Positions 7,972-17,409 of a stretch of DNA of 45,165 bases are shown piece by piece. The DNA is taken from contig CAZMBV010000001.1 of NCBI GenBank assembly GCA_964564335.1, forward strand, positions 1-45,165. The letters are read 5' to 3'. Under the pieces are notes generated by a model. It saw only the letters and a program-made list of their open reading frames with translations, searched no databases and was not told the origin of the DNA. The position numbers and the translations under genes were made by a program. Within the stretch, counting starts at the first letter, position 1, and every line of letters begins with the position of its first letter. Source of the stretch: an uncultured archaeon. Lineage in GTDB: Archaea; Asgardarchaeota; Thorarchaeia; Thorarchaeales; Thorarchaeaceae.

Positions 7972-10900
7972 TTATCGATTGGTTTGCTGAAATAGAGGAA
8001 AAGAGAGCTCAAACGTTACACCAGCACTCTGTACACCAGCAACTCTATCACGTATAGTAATGTTACCAGAGTATTTGTCAACAATGTGCTTTACTTGATG
8101 AAGGCCTACACCGCCATATCTCCGAGTTTTATCAAACAAGAATTTCTTTCTGTCATCTGGAATCCCGGGCCCATTATCCGACACAGACAATAGAACAGAG
8201 CCATTTTTATTTTCAATATTCACCCACACTATCTTATTTGCTTGGTTGTTGTAGCCAATAGCATTTTCAAGCAATGATGTAGTCAGTTCTTTAAGAAAAT
8301 GGTCACCAAGTATTTCTGCACCATTTGAAGAATTCGTAATTTCAATTGTAATATCTTCCCTCTCCCCAAAGAGGTTTTCAATAGTTTCCAGTACTACTTG
8401 GCTTACGTTTATTGGTGCTAGTTCTACTTCGGAAAGTTTTTCGGTCCTCTTTATCGAATATATGATGCGACTGCATTGGTCAGCAGCATTCTGCACATCT
8501 GTGAACAGATCTCCCCTTTCTGACCTATTTAGTTCTGTTTCAATGATTTCAAGCCCCATTATAATTGCCTGCAATTTATTACGAATATCGTGGCTCATAA
8601 TATCAAGATAGAGCATTGATGTATCTCTTTCTGATTGCAGGTTCCGCAGACTATCAATGCGATCAGTAATATCTCGATTAACATGAACTATACCTATACG
8701 GTTTCCACTGGCATCAAGTATGTAAGACATTGCTGAAAGAACATTTAATTTTAAGCCATTGATTCTCGTTTGAATTATCTGCCCATTCCATGCTCCTTTT
8801 TCTTTTAGTTCCTCAACGACTTCAATGAGCGAAATCTCTGAGTACTCATTTGGAAGTATTTGCGTAATATTTTGACCAATGGCTTCTTCTGCTTTCCATC
8901 CATACATTTTTTCAGCAGCGCTGTTCCAACTTATTATCTTGAATTTCATATCTGTAGATATTACCGCGTCAGAAATATTTTGTAAAAGATTAGCTTGATA
9001 TCGGATTTTCTCTTCTTTTAATTTCCTATCAGTGATATCACGTGAGGACAGCATGATTCCTACAATCTCATTATCACTGATTCTGGGTATTGCTTTTGTT
9101 TCATAGAAGATGCGTGAGCTACTAGGAGTGTCGTATGATGTTTCATACGATGCTGAATTTCTAGTTTCTAATATTTTGAGAAGTATATCTCTAACGTATT
9201 CTACTTGTTCGTCAGGCAAGAAATCGAGTATACACTTTCCAATTAGGTCATCTATTAACAACCCTTCTGATGGTCTATTTACAAATAGAATATTGAAATC
9301 ACAATCCAGTATTGTGATATGATCGGGAGATTCTTCTGTGTACGAACGCCACTGTTCTTCACTCTCTCTCAATGCAACATCTGCTAATTTCTGCTCTGTT
9401 ACATCCTGAAATTGGATCATTGTCCCAGTAATTTGCTCATCATCGATTTGAGCAAGAGGCGTTACTACAGTGTCAAGGTATATTATGCCCGATTTCGCTG
9501 TTTCATATAGTCTGTTTTCTATCACATGATTAAATGAAAATGTAGATTCAAATCTATAAGGTTGCCTCTTCCGAATACACTCTTTAACAACCGCTGGTGT
9601 GTTTGGATCAGTGAATACTTCAAAACCAATAAGCTGCTCAACTTCAGATGCGCCGAAAATCACTAAAGCTGCTGGATTTACACCAACAACACGACCATTC
9701 TCATCCAATATCTCGATTCCAATTGGGGATTGCTCAAATACACGCTTGAATCTTTCCTCACTTCTGCGTAAAGCAGCTTCTGCTTGTCTTCGCTCAGTCA
9801 CATCTATTCCAGAGCTAAATATACCGTGTGATTGATTGCTCTCGGTATTTATCAGGGGAGTATTACTCCAGTGAATTATTCTTTCTTCGCCAGTCGATGT
9901 AAGGATTGGATTTTCAAATTCTGTGACAGATGCATCATTACTGGCAATGTTACTATTAAAAATGTCATAGATTTCTTCTCGAAATCTTTTTGGAATAAAG
10001 TTCGAAATCCAGTTCTTTCCAAGCGTTTCTGCACTGGTAGTTTGAAGAATTTCGCAACCTCGTCTGTTGATAAGCGTAATATTCGCATTCTCATCAAGAG
10101 CAACGAACATTACTCCAGCTGTGTCAAGGTAGAGCTTTGCCTTGTCACGTTCTTCCATCATGTCTTGTTCCGCAAGCTTCTTCTTTGTGACATCTATGAT
10201 TTGCACCATATACCCATGAATTTCTGAGGTATCATCGAAAACTAGAGGTGAAATCGCAGATTCTACGTATGCTATATCCAATCTTTTACTCTTGTACAGG
10301 TTAAGCTCTCTAATTATTTTGAAATCGATACTTGATTCAAAAATCAATACTTCTCCATGTTTTAATTTGCACTTCATTTCTTCCGAGAGATTCGGATCGT
10401 CGAATATGTTGAATCCTTCAAGATCTCTCACTTCTGCTACACCTGCAAAATCCAGACACGCTTGGTTTGCATTGATGAAATTCCCCTCTCTATCAAATAC
10501 ATTAATAGCAATTGGTGAATCATTGAATATATTTCGGAACCACATTTCATTCTTACGAAGAGATTCCAGAGCACTTTTCCGTTCAACAATTAGCTTTTGT
10601 CTTTCAATTTCATTGGATATAGTTTTAAGGACTTCATCCATATCTAGTGGTTTAGTAATATACGCACTTGCACCTAATTTTAGGGCATCAACTGCACTCT
10701 TGACAGATGCATGACCCGTAATCATAATCAATGTAGTGTTTGGCGATATTTCAAGTAGCTTGCTAATTAAGTTAGTTCCAATAACATCTGGAAGACGGAT
10801 ATCAAGGAGAGCTACAGTGAATGATTTGCTCATTAAAGATTCTACTGCTTTTTCTCCTGTATGCACATATTCCGTGTAGTATCCAGACGCTTTGAGTATC

Positions 10901-10974
10901 ATCTGAAGTGTACGACAAATACTCTCATCATCGTCAATCACAAGGATATTCTCTTTGTCAGCAATTTCTGTCAT
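7972..10974 (-). CDS. Hybrid sensor kinase: N-terminal receiver - multiple PAS - histidine kinase
   Basis: REC domain (ILVIDDDE ... ALLDIRLPD ... ITKPLD). At least five PAS-like units are separated by DITDRK/DVTERR-type linkers. H-box SHDIRNKLQAI and an ATPase domain (ENAIGYNN, DNGPGIP, GGVGLHQVK). The track start is 11010; the ATG at 10974 (MTEIADKENIL) follows ggagagggggg. Confidence 0.85.
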   Translation of the reverse strand: MTEIADKENILVIDDDESICRTLQMILKASGYYTEYVHTGEKAVESLMSKSFTVALLDIRLPDVIGTNLISKLLEISPNTTLIMITGHASVKSAVDALKLGASAYITKPLDMDEVLKTISNEIERQKLIVERKSALESLRKNEMWFRNIFNDSPIAINVFDREGNFINANQACLDFAGVAEVRDLEGFNIFDDPNLSEEMKCKLKHGEVLIFESSIDFKIIRELNLYKSKRLDIAYVESAISPLVFDDTSEIHGYMVQIIDVTKKKLAEQDMMEERDKAKLYLDTAGVMFVALDENANITLINRRGCEILQTTSAETLGKNWISNFIPKRFREEIYDIFNSNIASNDASVTEFENPILTSTGEERIIHWSNTPLINTESNQSHGIFSSGIDVTERRQAEAALRRSEERFKRVFEQSPIGIEILDENGRVVGVNPAALVIFGASEVEQLIGFEVFTDPNTPAVVKECIRKRQPYRFESTFSFNHVIENRLYETAKSGIIYLDTVVTPLAQIDDEQITGTMIQFQDVTEQKLADVALRESEEQWRSYTEESPDHITILDCDFNILFVNRPSEGLLIDDLIGKCILDFLPDEQVEYVRDILLKILETRNSASYETSYDTPSSSRIFYETKAIPRISDNEIVGIMLSSRDITDRKLKEEKIRYQANLLQNISDAVISTDMKFKIISWNSAAEKMYGWKAEEAIGQNITQILPNEYSEISLIEVVEELKEKGAWNGQIIQTRINGLKLNVLSAMSYILDASGNRIGIVHVNRDITDRIDSLRNLQSERDTSMLYLDIMSHDIRNKLQAIIMGLEIIETELNRSERGDLFTDVQNAADQCSRIIYSIKRTEKLSEVELAPINVSQVVLETIENLFGEREDITIEITNSSNGAEILGDHFLKELTTSLLENAIGYNNQANKIVWVNIENKNGSVLLSVSDNGPGIPDDRKKFLFDKTRRYGGVGLHQVKHIVDKYSGNITIRDRVAGVQSAGVTFELSFPLFQQTNR

Positions 10975-11097
10975 GCACCATTCATCCCCCCTCTCCATTT
11001 TGTGGTGCAAAGTGTATCTTTGAATTCATACTTAGGACTATGGCTTGCGAGTGTTTCGCGAAGGAAGCAACTGTTGAGTTTTTCTTTTTCATGCAGC

Positions 11098-13725
11098 CTA
11101 AACCTCTCCAGTTCGTATAGGCAATGTCATAATGAATTGGGTGCCTTCCTGCTCTTTGCTTTTCACTTCAATGGTCCCTTCGTGGCCTTCAATAAGTGAT
11201 TTGACAACAACAAGCCCAAGACCAATTCCCGTTACTTTTGTTGTGTAAAGCGGTTCGAAGAGATGTATCATTTTATCTTCTGGAATCCCAACTCCAGTGT
11301 CTGCAACTGTGATTCGTATTGTGGCATCTTCAGTTGTTAGAGTAGAAATCGTTAGTAGGCCACCTTTAGGCATCGCTTGAATTGCATTTGATATCAGATT
11401 AATAAAAACGCGTTTAAGTTGATTTTTATCACCTATGAAGAACTTAAGATTATCATCCAATCTAAGGTCTATTTTGATGGAGGTAGGGATTTCGAGACTT
11501 GATACTGCGCTTTCTATAATGTCTGGTATTGTAACCTTCTGGAATGTCGGAGTGTTTGGCCGTGCATAATCAAGAAGACTGGTAATGATTTCCTCGCAGT
11601 TTGTTATCTCTTTGGATAGAATGTCAAGAGTGTCCTTAACATCAGGACTTGGCGATTCCAATACCAGATTCAGGAAATATGATGCATTCTTAATCGATGC
11701 GAGTGGGTTTCTGAGTTCATGTCCCACACTGCCCGATATTTTTCCGAGTGTAGCAAGACGTTCATTACGTATTAATTGTTCTTGAGCTTCATGAAGGTTT
11801 AGTGTTCTCTCTTCGACTCTATCCTCCAGTTCATCATTCAATTGTTGAAGGGCTGCTTCGTTTCTATCACGTTGGAGACGTGCAGCTAAGATCGGTGTGA
11901 CTGTATCTGCAATGTCTTTAAGGACAGCAACATCTCTGTCGTTGTAGTCGTAAGCACCATTGGCGATTTGGAAAAGACCAATTACTTTGCCTTGATGAAT
12001 GAGTGGCACTGAAATATGCCTTTCAATTGGAACACCACCCATTGGGGTCAATTCTGTGGGTTCATTCAACACAATTGTCTTCTTCTCAAGTATTGCCCGA
12101 GTCCAGCTACTGGTGCCCCATGAGTCTCTCTTGAATACGACACGTTTGCCAGTGAAATTGGCGGCTTCCCAGATGGCTTCGCTCATTGATGGGACAACCA
12201 ACGACCCATCTTCATCAAGGTAGCCAAACACTCCGTACTCACTCTTCGTTTCTTCAAGTATTATCCCTAGAATCTCATTGTACATTTCATCATCCGGAAC
12301 AGTCAAGAAGATCTCAGAGAGTTTTTCGCTCTCACGAAGATCTCGCGTCTTAATCTCCAGTTCATCATTCAATTGTTGAAGGGCTGCTTCGTTTCTATCA
12401 CGTTGGAGACGTGCAGCTAAGATCGGTGTGACTGTATCTGCAATGTCTTTAAGGACAGCAACATCTCTGTCGTTGTAGTCGTAAGCACCATTGGCGATTT
12501 GGAAAAGACCAATTACTTTGCCTTGATGAATGAGTGGCACTGAAATATGCCTTTCAATTGGAACACCACCCATTGGGGTCAATTCTGTGGGTTCATTCAA
12601 CACAATTGTCTTCTTCTCAAGTATTGCCCGAGTCCAGCTACTGGTGCCCCATGAGTCTCTCTTGAATACGACACGTTTGCCAGTGAAATTGGCGGCTTCC
12701 CAGATGGCTTCGCTCATTGATGGGACAACCAACGACCCATCTTCATCAAGGTAGCCAAACACTCCGTACTCACTCTTCGTTTCTTCAAGTATTATTCCTA
12801 GAATCTCATTGTACATTTCATCATCCGGAACAGTCAGAAAGATTTTAGAGATACGACCTTTTCGAAACAATGAACCTTCTGATGCTCTAAGCGCATCCAT
12901 CATTTGTTTCCTTACAGTAATATCTTCTACCTGTTCAAACAAGTAACCTTTTCCAGAAAGCTCGTTCGGAATAAAGGCTGTACTCACTTTTACGTCGATT
13001 ATTCTCCCGCTCTTGTGAACATATCTTTTCTCAAAAACTTCTGACGATGTTTCACCATTTATCAATTTAAGAATGGCATCTGCACTGATATTGTAGTCTC
13101 CAGGATATGTAATGTCATGGAAAGTATAATCCAACAATTCATCTTCTGTGTACCCTGTCAGCTCGCAGAATGCTTTGTTTACTCTAATGAAATTTCCATT
13201 GGTTTCTGACCAAACCATTCCAATTGCTGCTTTTTCATACGATAGGTCTTGACTCTTCGTAATATCTTGGAGTTTCGCTTCCGTTTCTTGGCGTTTTGTG
13301 ATATCTTCCATTAATGCCACTATGTATTCTGTGTCATCTTTAACATCTGAAATCTTTATGAGGTTTGAACGAAATGAGAACTCTTTTCCCTGTTTAGTTA
13401 GAATATTATAGTCATAGGAAACAGGAGATTCGGATAACAACACTTCTTCCAGTCTTTTCTTAGCTATCTCACTATCCGCAGAGCTCTCGTAAGAGTGAAG
13501 AGGAATATCAAGAAAATGACTGCCTATGACACTGGCATTAGAAATACCTAATTTCGTTTCTAGGGATTTGTTGGCATAGATGATTATGCCTTCGGTCCCG
13601 AACACGATAACAGGATCATTTAACGATTCGAAAAATGAAATTGATGAGATAGATTCTAGCCTATCAAATGCAGACCGCGAAATTACCGATAAATCATCTA
13701 CCAAAGTACATAACTCCTGAAGCAT
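11098..13725 (-). CDS. Sensor histidine kinase: PAS-PAS-GAF-GAF(duplicated)-HisKA-HATPase
   Basis: Canonical H-box SVGHELRNPLASI, N-box LISNAIQA, and DTGVGIP / GIGLGLVVVK. Two PAS units are followed by two virtually identical GAF-like units. Confidence 0.85.
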   Translation of the reverse strand: MLQELCTLVDDLSVISRSAFDRLESISSISFFESLNDPVIVFGTEGIIIYANKSLETKLGISNASVIGSHFLDIPLHSYESSADSEIAKKRLEEVLLSESPVSYDYNILTKQGKEFSFRSNLIKISDVKDDTEYIVALMEDITKRQETEAKLQDITKSQDLSYEKAAIGMVWSETNGNFIRVNKAFCELTGYTEDELLDYTFHDITYPGDYNISADAILKLINGETSSEVFEKRYVHKSGRIIDVKVSTAFIPNELSGKGYLFEQVEDITVRKQMMDALRASEGSLFRKGRISKIFLTVPDDEMYNEILGIILEETKSEYGVFGYLDEDGSLVVPSMSEAIWEAANFTGKRVVFKRDSWGTSSWTRAILEKKTIVLNEPTELTPMGGVPIERHISVPLIHQGKVIGLFQIANGAYDYNDRDVAVLKDIADTVTPILAARLQRDRNEAALQQLNDELEIKTRDLRESEKLSEIFLTVPDDEMYNEILGIILEETKSEYGVFGYLDEDGSLVVPSMSEAIWEAANFTGKRVVFKRDSWGTSSWTRAILEKKTIVLNEPTELTPMGGVPIERHISVPLIHQGKVIGLFQIANGAYDYNDRDVAVLKDIADTVTPILAARLQRDRNEAALQQLNDELEDRVEERTLNLHEAQEQLIRNERLATLGKISGSVGHELRNPLASIKNASYFLNLVLESPSPDVKDTLDILSKEITNCEEIITSLLDYARPNTPTFQKVTIPDIIESAVSSLEIPTSIKIDLRLDDNLKFFIGDKNQLKRVFINLISNAIQAMPKGGLLTISTLTTEDATIRITVADTGVGIPEDKMIHLFEPLYTTKVTGIGLGLVVVKSLIEGHEGTIEVKSKEQEGTQFIMTLPIRTGEV
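11824..12852. repeat. Near-perfect 531-bp (177-codon) in-frame tandem duplication inside the kinase gene
   Basis: 11824-12305 and 12355-12836 match base for base in my line-by-line comparison, apart from one C/T difference (12265 vs 12796). Similarity decays over the next ~16 nt. The track shows identical 74-aa antisense ORFs at 11999-12223 and 12530-12754. Confidence 0.9.
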
Positions 13726-14112
13726 CCTTAAACACGAATAAGATAGTTTCGGAAAATAAGTGCTAGCCGTCTTTGTAATGAAGATTCAATAACAAATCTA
13801 ACATATCATAGCATGGCGTCCAATATTATCTTATTACCCATAGTAATTATGCACTCGGATTGTTATAAGGAAACAGTTGGGGTATTATTTTTAGTACACT
13901 AGAATGCATTAGATGAAATGAATATTTGCTACTCTTGAATGAAGTATTCAAATTTCCATCTCTAATAATCTATCTCTTACAATCATTGATAGTAGTACGA
14001 CTGGATCCAAAGAATTAGCTTAGCAATGTACAGTCAAGAATTGATACTTATTTCTATCAAACTCAATTGCCGCTCGAATTCAGTAATCGATGATTTTCAT
14101 GTATTCATCAGT

Positions 14113-16341
14113 TCATTTAATATTTCTGGGATGACTTAGGACTTGTATCAATTCGGTCCCCTCATTTTTCAGACTAGTAATAGTGACGTCCGCATCAATA
14201 TTTTCACCATCGGCATTGCGGTACATCCATAGGAAAGATTGAGGATTTCCTTCCAAAGATTGTTTTATTTTTTCTAAGAATAGTCCCTTTGAAAGCTGCT
14301 TGTTTGGTTGTCGACGAGGAGATAATCCCCAAATCGTTTTGCCTAGAATATCCCTTCTCTCATAACCGATGAGTTCTGTGGTGGGAGAATTTGCTTTGAC
14401 AATTTTGTTATTCTCGAGAAGTATGATTGAATCCGAAATTGAATTGAAGAGTATTGAGTAATTTTCCTTACTTATTTCAAGAGCGACACCTGTCTTTTCC
14501 ATCTCAGGGATATGCTCCACGAGTTTCCGATACCTCTGTTCACTCTCCCGCAGGTTTTGTTCCGTCTGATACTTTTCAGTGATATCAATAGCTACAGCTT
14601 CATTGTATCCCTCATCTGGATAAATACGTGAATAAAACTCAACCACTATTTGAGATCCATCCTTTTTCGTCATGAGAGTAGGACCAGAAGAACTTACCCC
14701 TTTCTCTTTCATCTCTTTGAGCAAAGATGCACGAGTATCTGGATTGACGTAATGATATGATGTAATAAAATTAGCAAGTGCGTCATCAATAGAGTCGTAT
14801 CCAAACATTTTAGCACCGGTTTCATTGATTCTCAGAATTTTTCCGTTATCTATTGATGCGTGAAAAATGCCAACTTGTGCGTTCTCAAAGAGATTTCTAA
14901 AGCGTTTCTCACTTCTCCTTAGAGATACCTCTACAGATTTCCTTTCAGAAACATCCTTCAACGCAATAACAATTTTCTCTTTGTCCTCGTGAAGTATCAC
15001 CGTACTTTGCAACCATCTCTTGGTACCGTGTAATTCCAACTCGAATTCGTAAACGACACTTTCACCATTTTCCCTAACTTCTGTTATTATTTTATTATAT
15101 TTATCAGTGATATCTTTCGGGAGGAAATCCTTCTGCTTCTTCCCCTTCATTTCATCCCATGGGCAGAGAAGCAAGGAACTATCTCCAAAATATTCATTAT
15201 ATCTATCTTTTGCATCAAAGGTCAACACGAGGTCACTCATTGCACTAGCAATCATCCTGTTTCGTTGTTCATTCTTCTGAAGTTCGAGTTCTGCTTCCAA
15301 CCTGTCTGTGATATCAATCTCTAGTGTGAGTAATGCTGGTTTTCCCAGATGTTCTGTTAATCTTCCAAATGCCTCAACCCATCTAATTGTACCATCTGGT
15401 CTTATGTATCGAAACCGAATTCTGGGTAGTTCCTTAATTCCCTGGCTCATCTGGTTATTGCGTTGTTGAAGATTCTCGCGATCATCCGGATGAATGAGTG
15501 ACCATACCTCCTCAGTTGACATTTGCTCTAGCTCTCGTTTACTCCTACCTACTGTTTTGGAATATGCCGGATTGAATAAAACGAGGCGACCATTTTGAAT
15601 CACTGCGTATCCTTGAAATGATTCTCCAATTAGTCTACCCAAATCACTTTCTGTCCTTGCTAATTGTTGTTCAAGACTCCGATGGGTTGTTATATCTCGT
15701 ACAACTGCAACAAGATTCATTTTGTCTCGGTGCAAACTCATAGTCATTGACAACCACAGTAGAACTCCATCAAGATTGACCTGGTAATCAAAAGATGCTG
15801 CAGCTCCTGTTTCTCTTACATTTTCTGCAAACTTCAAAAAGCGAGGTCCAATTTCTTCAGGCATAACCGCTGGTCCAGAGTACCCTACAGACGCCTCAAC
15901 AGTGACATCAACAAAGAATTTTGCAGATATACGGAAATATCGACCCCGAACCCGTTTTTTCTTTGTAGGCGAATCTTCTGGGTATTGCTCAAGTATTTCT
16001 TGTTCGTGGAGTTTTCCGAGGTGATAATATGCTTTCGTTGTTGCTAGATTTGTTTTAGGATTTTTCTCTCTCAAAATTTTAAGAATTTCTGGAACTGTCA
16101 TCCAATATCTGCGTGTTGGTGTTTCAACTGTAATTTCTTCAGTAATTCTTGTACCATCATCGAGTACTCTTTGTTCTCTCTTGATTTCTGAAGTGTAATC
16201 CTCATATCCTTCCATTAGTATTCTGATTATTTCCTGTCTAACATGATTATATAGACTCGCTCGCTGTTCATCTGTTTCTATCACTTTGAACGCGAGTCGA
16301 TCATGATTGGGGAATGAGTTATTGATATGTCCATCTGTCAC
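14113..16341 (-). CDS. Multi-PAS protein with putative N-terminal winged-helix DNA-binding domain, no kinase domain
   Basis: The N-terminal ~130 aa resemble an ArsR-like wHTH carrying an insertion (LYNHVRQEIIRILMEG ... MTVPEILKIL ... TTKAYYHLGKLHEQEIL). Four to five PAS units follow. There is no H-box or ATPase motif. The start codon is GTG. Confidence 0.65.
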   Translation of the reverse strand: MTDGHINNSFPNHDRLAFKVIETDEQRASLYNHVRQEIIRILMEGYEDYTSEIKREQRVLDDGTRITEEITVETPTRRYWMTVPEILKILREKNPKTNLATTKAYYHLGKLHEQEILEQYPEDSPTKKKRVRGRYFRISAKFFVDVTVEASVGYSGPAVMPEEIGPRFLKFAENVRETGAAASFDYQVNLDGVLLWLSMTMSLHRDKMNLVAVVRDITTHRSLEQQLARTESDLGRLIGESFQGYAVIQNGRLVLFNPAYSKTVGRSKRELEQMSTEEVWSLIHPDDRENLQQRNNQMSQGIKELPRIRFRYIRPDGTIRWVEAFGRLTEHLGKPALLTLEIDITDRLEAELELQKNEQRNRMIASAMSDLVLTFDAKDRYNEYFGDSSLLLCPWDEMKGKKQKDFLPKDITDKYNKIITEVRENGESVVYEFELELHGTKRWLQSTVILHEDKEKIVIALKDVSERKSVEVSLRRSEKRFRNLFENAQVGIFHASIDNGKILRINETGAKMFGYDSIDDALANFITSYHYVNPDTRASLLKEMKEKGVSSSGPTLMTKKDGSQIVVEFYSRIYPDEGYNEAVAIDITEKYQTEQNLRESEQRYRKLVEHIPEMEKTGVALEISKENYSILFNSISDSIILLENNKIVKANSPTTELIGYERRDILGKTIWGLSPRRQPNKQLSKGLFLEKIKQSLEGNPQSFLWMYRNADGENIDADVTITSLKNEGTELIQVLSHPRNIK

Positions 16342-16427
16342 AACTATCGGTCTCCACTTCTAAACCATCTACATTGATTTATTGTTCAATTCGAATTTAC
16401 AATCAAAACCAATATATTTATATGTTT

Positions 16428-16498
16428 TGTATTACTGTAATACATATATTCAAATTATGTTGAATAACAACGATGGTATTTTAACTTGTGTTGAATAA
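16428..16498. promoter_or_regulatory. Candidate operator elements in a divergent intergenic region
   Basis: A perfect palindrome tgtattac-t-gtaataca lies at 16428-16444. The direct repeat tgttgaataa occurs at 16458-16467 and 16489-16498 (31-bp period). All lie between the divergently transcribed wHTH-PAS gene and the regulator/kinase operon. Confidence 0.3.
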
Positions 16499-16653
16499 TA
16501 ATATGGCATCGGAAAATGAGGCGAAATAATTCGCATACACCAATTCTTGCTAAGTTCTGCATTTTCTTGCCTCTCGAAACCTTCCGAGCTAGCTGATTCT
16601 GATCTATGAATTATATTCAGTATGAAAAGTAAAACCTCGGAGGTGTGTATCAA

Positions 16654-17409
16654 ATGTTGAACAAGGCAAAGATAATGGTTGTTGATGATAATGAACATCT
16701 TAGGAAGACAATGGAACGAGTACTCAATTTGAAAGGGTATGAAGTTGTTACGGCATCCATTGGTTCTGAAGCTTTGGAGAAAGCAAGACTCAATCAAGAT
16801 TTGAATATTATATTTTGGGCTATCGAGATATCGGTTATGGATAGTGTAGAAGTTCACAAACAGCTGAAGATAATTATTCCTGGTGTAGTTGTGATATTGA
16901 TAACTGATTATGCAGCTGAGGATTTAATTAAACAAGCCCTAGATGAAGAGGTTCATAGTTTTGTGTACAAACCTCTGGAACTAGATTATATTGCAAACCT
17001 AATTGTAGCCACTAAAAATGCAAGCACACAATCTCGCGTTTTAGTTGTTGAAGATAACGAAGAACTGCAGACCAAATTCAAGATGATTCTTGAGGAAAAA
17101 GGGCATTCCGTCGTAATAGCTGAAAATGGTGAGGATGCAATTGAAGCTGCAATAAATCAACCATTTGATATTCTCTTAATTGATGTCAAACTTCCGTCAA
17201 TCAACGTGCTTCAAACTTATTCAGCAATAAAAAAGATCCAGAAAGAAGCTGTATGCATTCTCATTTGTGGAGATTTACTTGATATCAATAGCCTAGTGAA
17301 TGGAATAATGGAGAGTTATGATTATTCGTATCTTCACAAACCATTTGATATGGTTCAGGTATTCATGGTAATTGATGATATATTAACCATTAACAAGGAG
17401 GGGTCCTAA
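16654..17409 (+). CDS. Tandem-receiver protein with degenerate (pseudo-receiver) first domain
   Basis: Paralogue of 6964-7731. The first REC has FWAIEIS where the paralogue has FMDIKMP, so the phospho-acceptor Asp is Ala (codon 16819-16821). The second REC keeps the Asp (LIDVKLP) but has ILICGD in place of MITGY. ggaggtg lies 9 nt upstream of the ATG at 16654; the track start is GTG at 16645. Confidence 0.8.
   Translation: MLNKAKIMVVDDNEHLRKTMERVLNLKGYEVVTASIGSEALEKARLNQDLNIIFWAIEISVMDSVEVHKQLKIIIPGVVVILITDYAAEDLIKQALDEEVHSFVYKPLELDYIANLIVATKNASTQSRVLVVEDNEELQTKFKMILEEKGHSVVIAENGEDAIEAAINQPFDILLIDVKLPSINVLQTYSAIKKIQKEAVCILICGDLLDINSLVNGIMESYDYSYLHKPFDMVQVFMVIDDILTINKEGS

Noticed and set aside
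9832-10714. Plus-strand ORFs of 131 aa and 140 aa (9832-10227, 10292-10714), and others antisense to the kinase genes
   Set aside because: They are embedded antisense in well-supported PAS/REC coding sequence and carry no motifs.
11999-12754. Two identical 74-aa plus-strand ORFs (11999-12223 and 12530-12754)
   Set aside because: They are the antisense shadow of the 531-bp duplication within the minus-strand kinase gene, not a duplicated small gene.
11824-12852. Possibility that the large direct repeat is a CRISPR array or mobile-element terminal repeat
   Set aside because: There are only two copies, 531 bp long, contiguous, in frame and coding for a protein domain. There are no spacers, transposase or target-site duplication features.
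13726-14112. A 387-bp AT-rich intergenic region examined for a tRNA, small RNA or repeat element
   Set aside because: No cloverleaf-compatible GC-rich segment was found, and only short (5-6 bp) inverted repeats are present. It is most simply the promoter/terminator spacer between two kinase-island genes.
16450-16857. 135-aa minus-strand ORF overlapping the divergent promoter and the start of the tandem-REC gene
   Set aside because: It overlaps a clearly conserved receiver domain on the other strand. Its composition is odd (Ile/Asn/Phe-rich, typical of translated AT-rich DNA) and it has no RBS.
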